Made by a program: the position numbers and the translations under genes. DNA of 64,000 nucleotides from Basidiobolus meristosporus CBS 931.73. Lineage: Eukaryota > Fungi > Basidiobolomycota. The notes beneath the pieces are model-generated. The model ran no database searches. It saw only the letters and a program-made list of their open reading frames with translations, and was not told the DNA's origin. Below are positions 24,842-37,983 of this stretch, piece by piece. The stretch spans positions 62,001-126,000 of the forward strand of contig MCFE01000029.1 in assembly GCA_002104905.1 (NCBI GenBank), written 5' to 3'. How positions within the stretch are numbered: the stretch's first letter is position 1; the number at the start of each line of letters is the position of its first letter.

Positions 24842-26336
24842 ATGTTGGAAATCACCTCGAAGATTACCTACCCCCTCGTACGAGGTAATTAAAGTGGTCC
24901 CACCGAATAGTCTATCCCCCTCAGTTTATCTCAACTATTTTTGTCTCCAGAAACGGATGAGATTCCAAAACCCCGCGTGACTTTTGCCGCTTCCTTTAAT
25001 CCACAGGTAACTTCGGCTTGCATATTCAAAGGTTGAGGTTCTTTCTAAGACGGCAGGTTTGGCTTACTCAGAATCCATCTACTGAGTTGACCGCCATGAA
25101 TTCCCCTTGTGAGGAGGACTCGCACCAAGTCGTGCCCTCAAACGTCGTTGGCGAGGTGTTTTCCCAAACAACCCATGCGAGAAACCGTACCACAGAGGAG
25201 ATAGACAATCAAACCTTGATTAAATATGGTTATCTACTGAAGCGTAGCACCAAGCGGAAGGTATGCTGATGCATATATCCACCGGTTGGTTTGACCCTTC
25301 TTTTATTTACTTACCGGTTATGCTAGGTTTGGCGAAAAAGGTGGCTAGTTCTGCGGGGAACATCACTCGCATGCTACAAAGATAACAAGGTTGATTTTTG
25401 AGCAACTATCAACTTGTCTGGCACGTAACGAGGTACTAATGCTTGTTCCTAGGAGTACGAACTGGAGAGGATCATCGACTTATCAGAGGCGAAGCAAATC
25501 CTGGAAGTCACTTGGAAATCCCGGAAAAACGTCTTTGCGATCATCGTGGAAAAAAAGAAGTATTACCTTCAGGCAGAGTCACGAACCCAGCTTGACGAAT
25601 GGCTGAGTTCGATGGATTTTGTTTTGAGTGGTCTGGCGGAAGATGATATCCCCGAGGAGCCAACTCACATCCGCAAAGGCTCCTCTGTATCCAGGACCTC
25701 GATCCATGGCAAAAGCGGCGTTGATCATCCCAAGGTATGCACCCACTCCTTGCAAAGAAAGATCCATGTCCCAAGCCACGGCCATGCCGCGGAAGTGGTC
25801 AGCTCAGAAGATGACGAAGAGGCAGACGAGGTCGTTGATGAAGATGAAGAGGTCGAATTCCCACAAAGTAGCGACAGCAAGATCCTCTTTAACGGCTATC
25901 TATACAAACAATGCGAGATGTACAAAGTAAGTCGAAGAACAGTGCGTGAGAACCGGGCGTTCCTGTGTATCTAACGAGATTGGGACTTTAGGTATGGCGA
26001 AAACGCTGGTTTGTTCTTCGCAGCCACACGTTGTCCTACTATAAAAATGAAAAGGTAAACAGCTGTAGCTACGCAGGGCGGTTTTTCGGTTCTTGCATTA
26101 ACCTCTTCTGTCATTTCAAGGAATACGTCCTTCACAAGATCATACCGATCGAATCTATACAGGGAGCTTTCGAAAAGAACCCAACAAATATTAAGAACAA
26201 GCGGTTCTGCTTCCAGCTAATCACGCCACAGAGAAATTATCTCGTTGCCACTGAGGATCAAGAATACTCACTCACCTGGTTGCGGGCAATTAATACTGCT
26301 ATTCAACAAGCAAAATCCGAGCACGAGCAAGTGTAG
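24842..26336 (+). CDS. Tandem PH-domain protein (Opy1-like), ~7 exons
   Basis: Spliced: MLEITSKITYPLVRETDEIPKPRVTF...IKYGYLLKRSTKRK|VWRKRWLVLRG...; second PH domain ILFNGYLYKQCEMYK|VWRKRWFVLR...FCFQLITPQRNYLVATEDQEYSLTWLRAI. GT-AG introns. Confidence 0.85.
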
Positions 26337-27459
26337 TCGGTAACACCCCCCCTCCACATTAATTAATAAGCACCCACCACTTGGTGTTTCATCGTAATAT
26401 TCCCCTATTCTAACTTAGCCAAGACTTAAGGTGGTTGAATCTCTTTTCCAACAAAAGTTCCCTAGTATATATAAACCCGCGAGGCTGGAGCGGGAACAGA
26501 GCCATGTCTTCGTAACCATTGCCCTCTTCACCTCGCCAACCCATTTTATTACAGACCATCAAATCCCTAATACACTCCACTTTTGCTCAACCACCTTTTT
26601 TCAGGTGATTATCCCACGCACAACAACAATGCATCCTACTAATAAACCACCCAACCACTGATCACCCGCACTTGGTCGTCCAATCCATCCAGCACTCACC
26701 CCAAAGCGGTCCTGCTTGTCCTACATTATGGACCAGGAACAATCATCCAATCTCACTGATGTAACCGAATGCCAAATCGAGGACTTGTCTGGAATCGGAC
26801 ACCCGTTTCGCCCCTGTGATGTCAAGGTGGGCTCACTCGAAGACCCCAATTTGGAGGTCGGTTACCACAGGATGGATTTGGCCTGAAGGTCGATCCCTTA
26901 TAACTCAACCATCACAAGCCCCTACGCCAACAGTTTTGGAGAAAATGTGTTCAACCACCCATCAAAAAGGAAATTAACCTGAAACCCTGATGCACCATCT
27001 GAATCGATTCAATCGGCTCCAGCGGAATCGAGTAAAGCGAGACCAAAGACCAATCATGGAGGACAACTCAGTATATTCCAGCACAAATGGTTCTAGTCGG
27101 TGTCAGTGTCGGGGGAAATGTGGGTGAATATGTATAGGCAAACTGGGTTTCTGTGGGAGAGAGGAAATGGGCAGATTGATCGTGGTCCACGGGAGAAAAA
27201 CGACGAGTAATTACATGAGAAGAGGTATGGCCCCCGGTTCTAACTGAGCATTGAAGGATGTTAGCGTTAGCGGGGGGATAGAGATGTCTACGACGAAAAG
27301 CTCTGCAAAGAGTGAAAATGGGTTTTCTTTCTATGGGTGTAAGTATATATAGATGTTTGATTTGGATTTTAAACCTGCTGGAGCCGAAAAGAATATCTGA
27401 GTGTGGAACTGGTTCCCCTCCTGGAAACTGAGCGTTCGACTGGAGGCTAGCTTGGTGTG

Positions 27460-29520
27460 TTAGTGGGCTGCTCCAATGGCTGGTAGATCAGATCTTGGCT
27501 TGATCATCGAGTGAGGCTTGAAAGGTTTGCTGCCGCGGTTGTATTTTCGTGAGTTTGCACACTGGACTGAATCCGTTACTGGATCCTTGGCACCTTGGCT
27601 AGATGCGTCTTTTGTGGCGGGCTTGGATTTCTGCGATGAGTTGGGCTTATCATGAGGGGATGAGGAGGATTTAGCGGGCGAGGCTTTGGTTTTGCCAGGG
27701 GATACTTTGTCGTTCCCAGGGGCTTCGGAGTGGGTGGGTATGGACGACTTGGGCTGTGGTTCAGTGGTCTTGGATTCCTTCAAATAGCCCCAGGCCCACT
27801 TTCCAGGCTGATTGGAAGCTTTGTTTGATTTGGGATGTTCTGAATGCTGCTTCTTCGATGGGAAAGTATACTGTTGGCACATCAGAGATAGATCAGCTCT
27901 ATCGGACAGAAGATCGCAGGCTCGCTTGAACTCCTCCCGGATTCCCTCTACACTACATTCATCAGCACTATTGCCAAGGTTGCGGAAGGGATTGAACGGC
28001 TCCTCTATACAAAATGCTCGGAAGTGTTTCCCGAAATCCCAGCCTTTCTCCGACTTGGATAAATAGCAGCCATTTCGGATACTGATTACATGGGAGTCGT
28101 AGTTGAATTCATAGGCAAACCTAGACCGAATCTCTAGTTAATAACCAAATGTGGCGCATTGCAGTGCAAGAGACCCTTACAATCTAAAGAATGCAAACAG
28201 CAGTCCCCCCAATGTTTCCTGGTTCCTGTGCCCGTAGCCTTTTAACGAGGCCACGTCTTCGTTGAATGTCGTGTCAACCCCGTCGATGATGCATGGCACT
28301 GTGAGGGCGGTGTCGGGCATTTGGTGCAGGACGGGAAGAACTGGAGGGGACCTCATCTGTAGGAAGTTGATGATAATATTGACCCAGGTATAGGTGGATA
28401 GAGTTCCCCCGACGCCTTTGGCCAATGTTAATGAAGTGTTGGTAGATCGACTGCAACTGCATGAGCTATTTACCAGCATCATTCAATACTCTGCGTTTGG
28501 TCCAATATTTGATGATCATTATAAGTGGCCTGACACGAGGGTCCAATGCCACATACGCCTTCACCAGCTCCGTGTTCCTCAAGGCTATAGGGTTGTTAAC
28601 ATTCATGTCGCATGCCAGCTTACTTCATCGTGGGAACGGAGTTAGTTTACGACCAGATCTCTAGTGCAGCGAAACTACTCACAGTTCTGGATCCCACATC
28701 CTTACGATGGGAACTTTGGCGCCCGCTATACAGTAAACCCTTTGCATGCCGTCTGGGCGTTCGGTTGATATTAGTATGCTGCGGATGTCTCAAGGGGAGA
28801 GAAGGTAAACTCACTTTTTCGCATGCATGAGGCAAGGGTGTAAACGTTGCGTAGCTCCTCCGAGTCGGTGACGATGCATATGTCCACATCGCTTGTGGGG
28901 GTGAAGAGGTTGTTCACTGAAGAGCTGTATTGGAAAGAGTCAATCCCCGCCACAGCCACTGGAAAGTGCTGCTAGACATACCCAAACATATGAACTTTGA
29001 TGTACTTTTCCGGCCACTCCTGGGTCAGAATATTTTGCAGTTTCTCTATTAAAGCGTCTCTTCGCTGGCTATCCTCAGGTGTAGGGAGGAGTGACTAGAA
29101 ACAACAAGGTGAGCTTGGTCCGCGGAATATGGGTGGCTGCTGTTCCGCACTTGGTTTCCATAGTGCAAAGTTTGGCAAGGAAACACCCACCTGATACAAG
29201 GTTGTCATTGCGGAGGTCAAGTGCTCCTCGGCTTTTTTGGCTAGCGTGAGTGGTTTGGTGTTTTTGTGGGCTTTTGAGGGTTTTGGGTTGGTGCGTTTGC
29301 CTGCTGGATTCAGGTGAGCTTGTTGGGGTTTGCAGGGAGGAATTTCCTTCAAAGGGACATCGTTAGGCTCACTCACAGCAGTGCCGTTTACGGTGCAAAT
29401 GCTACTAGAGCTGGTGGAGCAGTCACTGTCGCAGTCGCTATCGCTTTTGTGAAGCATGCTAGTGGAGTTTTGGGCAAGATTGGTTGGTTGGGTGAGTGTC
29501 ATTTCGTTGGGCATTGTCAT
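27460..29520 (-). CDS. Cid1/Cid13-family non-canonical poly(A)/poly(U) RNA polymerase
   Basis: Spliced VHMFG|SSVNNLFTPTSDVDIC; AKVPIV; CDMNVNN; GGTLSTY; PAP-associated FCIEEPFNPFRNLG; low-complexity Ser/Lys/Pro C-terminus. Confidence 0.9.
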
Positions 29521-31892
29521 GGGTTTGCGGCAGTGGGTAAAGGGGAAAGCGACGATTCTTGGATATTGTCGCAGAGAGGGAGTCGTAAGTTATATGGAGC
29601 GGTTTCCTTAAGCTAAATATATGAGAAACGAGGGATAATAAAGGCACAGCTTGAAGCACAGTGCGAATCCTGCTAATTTATTTAAGAACTCCAAATCAAT
29701 ATAGGCAGGCCACACAATTTGGAAACATGCGATCCCAGATCCTGTTCCCTATTGTATAAATATGGCGTTGTATAGTAGGAAATTTCGCCCGCCCATAAAC
29801 ATCGAATCCACCGTAGTTTCATACAACGGCAGCAAGGATGTATATTGTAATGAAACCAGGTCCAAAACACAATACATTTTGTTTTTTCGATCAAAGGGGG
29901 ACAAGGAGTGTGAATTGCATTGGTTGGATCGTCGGTTCATAATCATCCTGATGCAGCTGAACAACTCTCATACTGCTAGATCACCACAAGGAAATATCCT
30001 GTCGCAAGGCGATTTATATCAATTAAACTTGAAGCAACATATCAAACCCGAAGTCCCTTCAAGGATACCTAACTTTATTTACCAATCTTTCTTCCCACGC
30101 AATTGAGCTCCTTGCATCAGGGGGATTAATTCCCTGTTAGAGTGGACTTGTGCACCAACGAATCCTACAACGTACGAGACATGTGCTAAGTGTGGGGACG
30201 ATTCATAGGATTTAGGAGTCTCAAGAGCGGCTGTCTCGTTGGGTTTGCCCCTCCTTGCTGTGGAAACAGTATAAAAGCAGTGGATTCGCATCGAGCGTAG
30301 TCACCGCTTCCTCAGGATTCTCGCCCAGGCCCGGACCCTCCGTCTACACAGCTTCCTTCTCTGCTGAGCAGACCCTGTGCTTGCCCCTTCTGAGCAACGC
30401 GCGGCTAGACTTGCAACACACACGGTGCCAGCTCTTAAGGTGCTATGCTGGATCCTGGTTGCGAGATGGACTTTGAACAGGATCCGAATGTTTTTAATAT
30501 AAGTAGTGCAGTTTAGGAATACTCAAGGTTGTTTTATTGAAACTGATGTGTGGGTGGGTAGACGTAGGAATAGGGCTTGCATGGTGAGTGAGAACTGAAT
30601 CAATACAGGCCATGGTGTGACTGCACCTTTAGAGTGTTGGCTGCAATCAGGGCGGTATGTGGGGTTTCATCCTCATAAGTGGAGCACATTGCTCAATATC
30701 TGGGATCATTAGTCAGCAAAATGATGTTGCATGTAGATCCGGGCGGTCTCTGTCGCCAGTACTGTTGCTGGGTTATTGAACAATCGGCAGGTCATGCAAC
30801 CTCTACCTTTGTCTGGATGACAGGGCCTTCTCTGAAAACAATCTGTTTGACTTATCGCTCTGAAACGCCGTAGAGCTTACCACTGGCCATATCCTTCGAG
30901 ACGCATACCCGGCAGTTGCCTGGGCACTCCAATATGCGGTATATCCGATCCCACTATGAGACTGACGTCTTGGCATCGCCCAAGGAATGGCGATGAAACC
31001 AGCCATCTGTCTTGTGTACCAAGCAACGCAGTCTCCCTGTGACCGGAGAGGATGGCTTCGGGAGCCTTCGCCATTGGATGATCGGCAGGATGGACAGAAT
31101 AGTGAAATTCGATTTACCAAGATTTGTGCACCTCTTTCACGCAAATTAGTATGTGGCGCTCTCTAGCTAGAGACCGGTTCTCCTCAGGTCCAGACGAGAT
31201 AAGCTACATACGATTTACATGGCACGATACGTGATGCGTGATGCGGTATATGTTGATCCTTATGAGTGGCATGTAGATTGGCCTTTTGGTAATCAAAACC
31301 AAGGTTCTAGGTTGGCGCTTCGAAAATATGAGTCGCCATTCCGAAAACCAGGCCATGACGTTAAACGGGGCTCATGAGCCCAGACATGTCTTGGAGGCTA
31401 TTAAGACGGAGGCTCGCATCCCGGATCTGTTGTAATCTCTTGCTGTAATCCTCAAAATACCATGGGTTCCATTTGGAGGTGATGGAATTGCTACCCACGG
31501 ACTGCCATATCAAGCATCAAGGTCAGTATATACGTGGACTCCATTCAATACGAAGCGTGGCGATGTGGTTGCTTAGTCGCCATTGGCACCCTTCAACCAA
31601 GGACTGAGGACTACCATAAGTGACTATTGGGTCTGCTTAGCGCGGCCAGTGCTGGAGTACTTATTGCTGGGTAATGCAGACCATGTCCATCAACTTTGAT
31701 GATTGGATCGTAGAGCAACCATCTACATGCTTCATCGTGATCCCGAATCAGCATCTATCTATGGCATTGGATAGCCGTCATACAGGCCTGATTCCCAGCT
31801 GCCACCGGGTAATATTAAGGTCTGATGATATCATACGACTTGCCAGTCCTATTTAGCTATGGTTTCCGTGCCCTCGATGCTGGTTTGCAAAC

Positions 31893-33160
31893 ATGTCGCT
31901 GAGCAACCAGGATAACCCTCGCTTTGTCAACCTCGAAAAGCAAGAGCAGGTTCTATTCAACACTATACAGAGTATCTCTGCGGGCCTAACAACTTCGTTG
32001 TATGACAGCCTGAACGAAAAGAACGTCTTGTTCTCACCCGCCTCTGTTGCTTGTGCTTTGGCGCTGTTGGTAAATGGTACTTCACAAGAAGCAGAGAGCA
32101 GAGAAGAAATCCTTGACGCATTTAACCTGGACTTCCTCGGCAAGGACTCCACTCGTTGCTTAGACCACGTCAACAGCACAATACGAGACCTGTTAAACAC
32201 TCTGATGAACAGAGACGGGAGTATTGATATACCTGAGGACAGGCTGGCGGAGTTCCAGGCAGCAAACTCCATATGGGGAAGCAGACTATGTGAGAGTTAC
32301 ATCGTTAAAGTAAAAGATCTGTTCGACGCTGAGGCCTTCTCACCACCGGAAACTGGAGAGAAAGTCAACCTCTGGATTGAGAGTAAAACCGATGGGCATC
32401 TAAAGGACCTTTTCCCTTCAGGCCTAACGTTTCCCGACACCGTTATCATGCTAATAAATTCCATTTATTTCCATGGCCAATGGCTTTATCCCTTCGAACC
32501 TAAAGATACCAAAGTAACACCATTCTATACTCCGGCGAACAAACAAATGGATTGCTTCATGATGACAGCCGGGAGCAGGACTTGGGAGTACGCGGAGAAA
32601 GGACCCTACCAAGTGCTAAACCTGCCTTACAAGGATTACCGCTTCGTGGCAACCATCGTCCTGCCGAAGGAAATCCTCGACTTCCAAAAAGCCACCTCCC
32701 TCATGACACCCGAAGAATGGCAAAGCGTATTTCTGGAAAGAAAGCTGAAATCAAGGGGAACGGTGTTGATACCGAGGTTTGATCTGGAAAAGCAAATGGA
32801 GCTAAAGGAGGCTTTGGGCCAGATGGGCATCAGGAAAATCTTTGATGTAGCTCAAGCCAAACTACACGAGCTATCCGAGGAACCCTTGGCAATCAGCAGT
32901 ATCTTGCATAAATGTAGAATCGAGGTTGATGAGGTAAGTTTCTGCGGACCAGAATTCCCTTTCAGCGCACCCATTCTTGACATGTTTTCTTTGCTCAGTC
33001 AGGTACCAAGGCTAGTGCGGCCACCTCCGTCATTATCGGCAAATCTGCCCGCAATTTAGACGCACCGTTCCGCTTCGAATGCAACAGACCATTCTACTTC
33101 ATTATTCGCACTAACCGTGGCATCCCCTTGTTTATTAGCTACATCCAAAACCCCACTTAG
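31893..33160 (+). CDS. Serpin (serine protease inhibitor), 2 exons, ~400 aa
   Basis: NVLFSPAS; LINSIYFHGQWLYPF; IPRFDLE. An intron at 32934-32998 joins IEVDE|SGTKASAATSVIIGKSARN...FECNRPFYFIIR...PLFISYIQNP. Confidence 0.93.
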
Positions 33161-33399
33161 ATTTGTCTCTCTAGTAAACTACATATAAAGCACAAAGGTC
33201 AGGGTTACCATTTTCACAATATCCGCCTGGAAACCGGACGATACGTATGCCCAGGTATATAAGAATAGAGGACTGCTAGAGATCCATATATTGGATCAAC
33301 CATCGGCCAAACATCAATCACCCCAACACTTGTCCCCAGTCGGATTGATGTGCATTTCCCAGCTAGGACGTATTTACTTCAAAGCCGGATAACCACTAC

Positions 33400-33950
33400 C
33401 CGCTGGTATGTCTTGCTGAGCGGTACCAGTGGTGCCATCCGATTCAATTCGGCATGTTCAGAGGGCTGTTTGATTAAACAGGCAACAATCCCAGCCTGCC
33501 TTATGACGGCAAATCCCCCAGCCTTGTAGAATGCCACTGGGACGCTGATGAAATGTTAATCTATGCTATTTATAGACCAGTATTTTAAGTCTAATCCAAA
33601 GACAACAGTATCGGCGAATCAACGATACACCTGCTTAATCTAATTTAAGTTGGCTCCGTGGGTGTTGCACGACTCAATCTGGAGGTCACATTCAAGGCCA
33701 TTGTTGAGTACATTCCTGGAAGCGGCCACTCCGGCCCACATCATTCAGGATACGGTTTCAAGCAATCCTGTGGTGGCGGGTTTCGAAGAAGGACACGGTG
33801 GCTGTGAATAGTAGGGTAGTGGTGGTGACCTTACACAACGCGTTTATGGATGACAAGGCAGTCTCAGGCCCCCATGAAGATGCATAGTAGATTGATGGTA
33901 TACAACGACCATGGAAGTGCTGCCACACCATATGTATCTAATGAGCCGAA
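33400..33950 (-). mobile_element. Possible decayed Ty3 RNaseH/integrase relic
   Basis: Short minus-strand resemblances in the expected order (VVYHQS; TGLLETV; ESDGTT). No ORF. Confidence 0.25.
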
Positions 33951-34539
33951 GATACCTGGGTTCAAGATGACCCGGCATTCATCAGAATGAGCACATCCAC
34001 CATCAGAACAACGATCCAATGACATAATCCCTCGGGTTTACTGACATTTTGGTGCGGTTCGTACCACTCTGAATCTCGAATGAGCTTCGAGCTGCCTGAG
34101 GCTAATATGGGTTAAGAATAGCACCCATTATCAATGATCCCGCTCCCGGCCAAATTGATAGGTGTACGCCATGGAATTCATTTATTTGCTGTGATTCGGT
34201 CTTTAATCATGATTTACCTTGCCAACTAGGATTCTGGATTCGAGGAAGATCATTCGCTCTGATACGCTCATTTCTCGTCAGTGAGTCTAAAATTGGCGAC
34301 TGTAACGATTCTCCACGCGAAAATTTCCTCCTTATATTGCCCAACATTCCTTAATATTCAGTCTGTAGTGTCCGCAAGTCATCTACTCGCTTGATCCGAA
34401 TTTCACCAGCTAACCTATATATACCAGGTGCTCACGTTCTGCACCCTCCACTCTGCTGCTTTTTAACCACTACACATATTCTTTGATTGTTTGTGCCCAT
34501 CCCCCTTTCCTATTCTTTCCACCAGCAAATTTGGGTAGT

Positions 34540-35106
34540 ATGAGTCGTATCACCAATGCCATCGTTGCTTCGCTGCTCTTTGCCAGCACCGGTCTCTGCC
34601 AAACAGCTATCGGCCATCCACCCATATCCCCCACACTCCGAGCTTCCATCGCGATTGAAAGCCCCACCAATGCACCCACACTACATGACCCAATCTACGA
34701 CGACAGCCCTCGCGTTCCCCCCAGCATTATTGTCGCATATGTCTGCAGTGGAGTTGTCTTTATCGGCCTGATGGTGGCCCTGTGGTATTACCGCGCGAGG
34801 AAAGCTGCCAAATCGTCGGAAAGGAGCAGGTGTTTGCCATACGAGGAGAAGGGAGGTGACAGTGTAGTGACTGGTCCTCTTGGTCAGAAGCTTGCTAAAT
34901 TTACCCCCGCCGCTTTGTTCAGGCCTAAAGAGGTTCATGGCCCCAGAAGAACACCCTCCACAACACAATTACTACAGCGCTCTGACTCGGAGTGTACCAG
35001 CGTGCCTCAAATCCGAGTTGAACCCTCCGCCAAGACCAAGGGGGTGGAGGGCGATCTGGAATTTGCCAACACAAAATCATCCGGGGACTTCCACCAGGTA
35101 TGGTAG
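34540..35106 (+). CDS. Orphan type I membrane protein (signal peptide + one TM helix), 188 aa
   Basis: Hydrophobic N-terminus MSRITNAIVASLLFASTGLC; Pro/Ser/Thr-rich ectodomain; TM IIVAYVCSGVVFIGLMVALWYY followed by RARK; stop-free. Confidence 0.65.
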   Translation: MSRITNAIVASLLFASTGLCQTAIGHPPISPTLRASIAIESPTNAPTLHDPIYDDSPRVPPSIIVAYVCSGVVFIGLMVALWYYRARKAAKSSERSRCLPYEEKGGDSVVTGPLGQKLAKFTPAALFRPKEVHGPRRTPSTTQLLQRSDSECTSVPQIRVEPSAKTKGVEGDLEFANTKSSGDFHQVW

Positions 35107-35388
35107 GCTACGAGTGGCATCACCTAGCCCTAACTCTGCAAGCCGCGATGTCGTTCCGTGTATACCACCCACCTGACTCATAGAGATCGTTTGTGACTAG
35201 CGACATCCGCTTTGTGCAAGTTCATGTATATAATAATGACACCCTTCGCTCATGGACTATAGGTTTTTGATGTATACAATATATAAACGGTTGCAAGCTT
35301 CATGCACAGAACATCTCATGTTATTGTTAATTTTTCAGTCTCCCCCCTGTCTCAACATATTTCCTGATCATCACACACTCTTGAGCAT

Positions 35389-37983
35389 CTACAGCTTGGT
35401 TTTCCCGAAAACAAGGAGGTGATCTAAATAAATCCAACGAACATATCAGTGGGCATTGAATTTCGGTTGGGCTCGCTCTGGGTGCGGGTGGGTGCCAACG
35501 TACCTTCCGATCTGGTATCTTTCTGGGCTTGAATTAGCTCTTCCATCGATTGCTTCATTGATCTCCCCCAGTTTTTGGCCGCAATCAGATCCCGTTGACT
35601 AGTGTGCTCATTTTGATGCCGCTGCGACCAACAGGCGTGCTCGACCAACAGTACCGATATGATAATGTTGGCCAAGACGAAGGCGAGTTTACGTGCCATC
35701 GCCTCCAGATCCTTGGTGTTACTGAACTTATGAATGAAGTCGACGGTTTGCTTCAATACCGCCCTTGTGTCATTCCTTGCCTCCTGCAAGATCTGCACAA
35801 CGCCTGGTGGCATCTTGCTTTCCTCGAAGAGGAGCTTGCTTTCGACAAACTAGAGTGCTTGTATGAGATATATTTGCTACATCAGCGCCTGTGTGGAGAT
35901 GGAATCATACCTTGACCAGCGTGTCAGTAATCTTCCCCTTGGATCTGTGTAGCACTCTCAGAACGTCTAGGGACAGGACATTTGTCGTGCCTTCCCAGAT
36001 GGTGTTTACCTGGGTGTCTCTCAATAGTTTAGCTATACCTGTCTCTTCCATGTATCCCTGTGTTCATATGACCGACCACGAGTGAGTATGCGCTCTGTTC
36101 GTAAATGGATTGTGCTGTGCAGCCTACCTGTCCACCCAGAGTCTCCATACACTCGCTTACAAACTGGACGCTCTGCTTGGCGCACCACAGCTTCACTATG
36201 GGCGTCACAAGACGCAGCATGTTGATCTCATCGAGGGTAGCGACGCTGGCTTCACTTTTGCCTAGGAGTTGAATCGAGTAGAACACGAACTGCAAAGCCC
36301 CCCGGAATTTCAATTCCAGCTCAGCGAGGGTGGCAACGTGTAACGGTAGCTCGGAAAGGTAGGCTCCTGATGCCTGTGTGAGTGGTTAACGGAGGATCCA
36401 CTATTGTCAGTGCAGATGTTCACGGGATTACCTTGCGTTTGTGTGCGTACTCTTTTGCTAGATACAGGGATCGTCTCATGAATGCCGTGCATCCCAACGC
36501 AGAATAAATGCGAGTGATGTTCAGGATGTGGGAGATGTTGGGGACACCTCGGTTGAATTCGCCAATCTAAATTTGAAATTTCATCAACGCGTTGGCCAGT
36601 AACCAGCTATAGGATGCATGAAGTGAGATACCAGCTTTCCTTTCATGTTCACCAACTCTAGCTCAGCAGTTGGTAGGCCTTTGGTGCCAAACTTGCTTTT
36701 CAACCGGTGGATCCTACAGAACCGAGGAGTTAGGCCTGAGCCTCGAATGGCTACCTGCTTCAAATTCACAAATACCTGACACCGTTAAGCTTGTTATCTG
36801 CCGTTCTTACTTGGGCGAAATACAGGGATAGTCCTTTGCTCCCGTGTTGGAATTCACCCGTTTTAGGGTCTTTTCCCCGAGCCAATAACATAGTAATGTT
36901 GGCGTCGGTGGCAGAAGAAAACCATTTGAACCCATCAATTCTCCATACATTCGCGGCTGGGTCGATCGGCTCAGCAAGAGTTTCGGTCAGCCCAACATCG
37001 CTTCCCCCTGGCCTGTTCCCCAACACATGTATCAGCCATTACATCAAGATGTTCTAGATGTGCATTTGAAGATCCCACCGTTCAGTCATCCATTGGCCAC
37101 TGGTCCAGAATTTACAAGGGTCGCGGCTATCATGTCAAAGCAATGTGAACAAACGCGAGGATTTGCAAAGTATTTTCAAACGGTCACCTTGTTAGCCGAG
37201 GATAGACTTCTTCCTTCAGTTCGTTATCTCCGATTAGTTCGATTACTCTGGCGGCACCGTCTTGAAAAATTGAAGATTAACTCAGTGTATCGATAAGATC
37301 TGGTGGGATGAGTACCTGTCATGGACAATGGACAATCATAGATGGAGGAGGATGGGGCGAAAAGGTAGATCTTTGTGAATTGATACAGACGACTGAATTC
37401 AGCATATTTCCGCTCGTAGGCTATGGCCACTAGACTATGACCAGGTAGCAACTTAACACGTCTGAAGGAATTCATTCACTAAGAAACAATATTCAAACCC
37501 TTCTTCTGCTGCGATATCGTGCATCCGTCTCCAGCCCTCAGAGGTGGTGAGCTCGTCAACGCGTCTAAGAAAGAAACATTATGAGGAACCTGGAGAAGCT
37601 GCTCATTTCTTGGATAAAATCACCTTGACCAGTGGTCGTACTGCTTTAGCTTTGGTTGGTTTTCCTCAATGTTGTTTCCACATTGAAGAATGTCTTCCAA
37701 GGTATGAATAAAGGCTGCTGAAGTTTCTGCTTGATAGTCGAGATTTACCTTCTACTACCCTCCCTCCAAAACGGGCTAGGTCTGGGGTAATGCTTTCCAA
37801 GACCTTTCCTGGAACCAGGCGTGACAGAACCGACCTTAGAACCTCATCTTCCAGGAACTGGTTTCCAAGAGTTGGAGCTTCCTAAAAGAAGGGGGTCCCT
37901 GAATACTGGATATCCAGCTAACGGAGATTCCGAGGCAAACTTACTTGAAGGAAGCCCTGTTCAGCGTTGGCGACTTTATACAT
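35389..37983 (-). CDS. AidB/ACAD11-like acyl-CoA dehydrogenase, many exons
   Basis: Spliced [13 protein letters not shown]|EAPTLGNQF...; YDCPLSMT; GGSDVG..T; [10 protein letters not shown]; [18 protein letters not shown]; VTPIVKLW; ECMETLGG; predicted end [11 protein letters not shown]. Confidence 0.9.

Noticed and set aside
26629-27200. Short ORFs (e.g. ~52 aa from 26728) between the PH gene and the nucleotidyltransferase
   Set aside because: No recognisable motif or convincing splice structure.
28900-28985. Apparent loss of the nucleotidyltransferase GS motif (ORF track reads FQYSSSV)
   Set aside because: An intron (GTATGT...TACAG) splits the Gly codon; the spliced sequence is the normal MFGSSV.
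29680-31856. Scattered 60-114 aa ORFs on both strands, possibly retroelement debris
   Set aside because: No diagnostic motifs in consistent order; cannot be supported without a search.
32934-33059. Serpin C-terminus as given by the ORF track (VSFCGPEF...)
   Set aside because: This is intron read-through; splicing restores the hinge and C-terminal strands.
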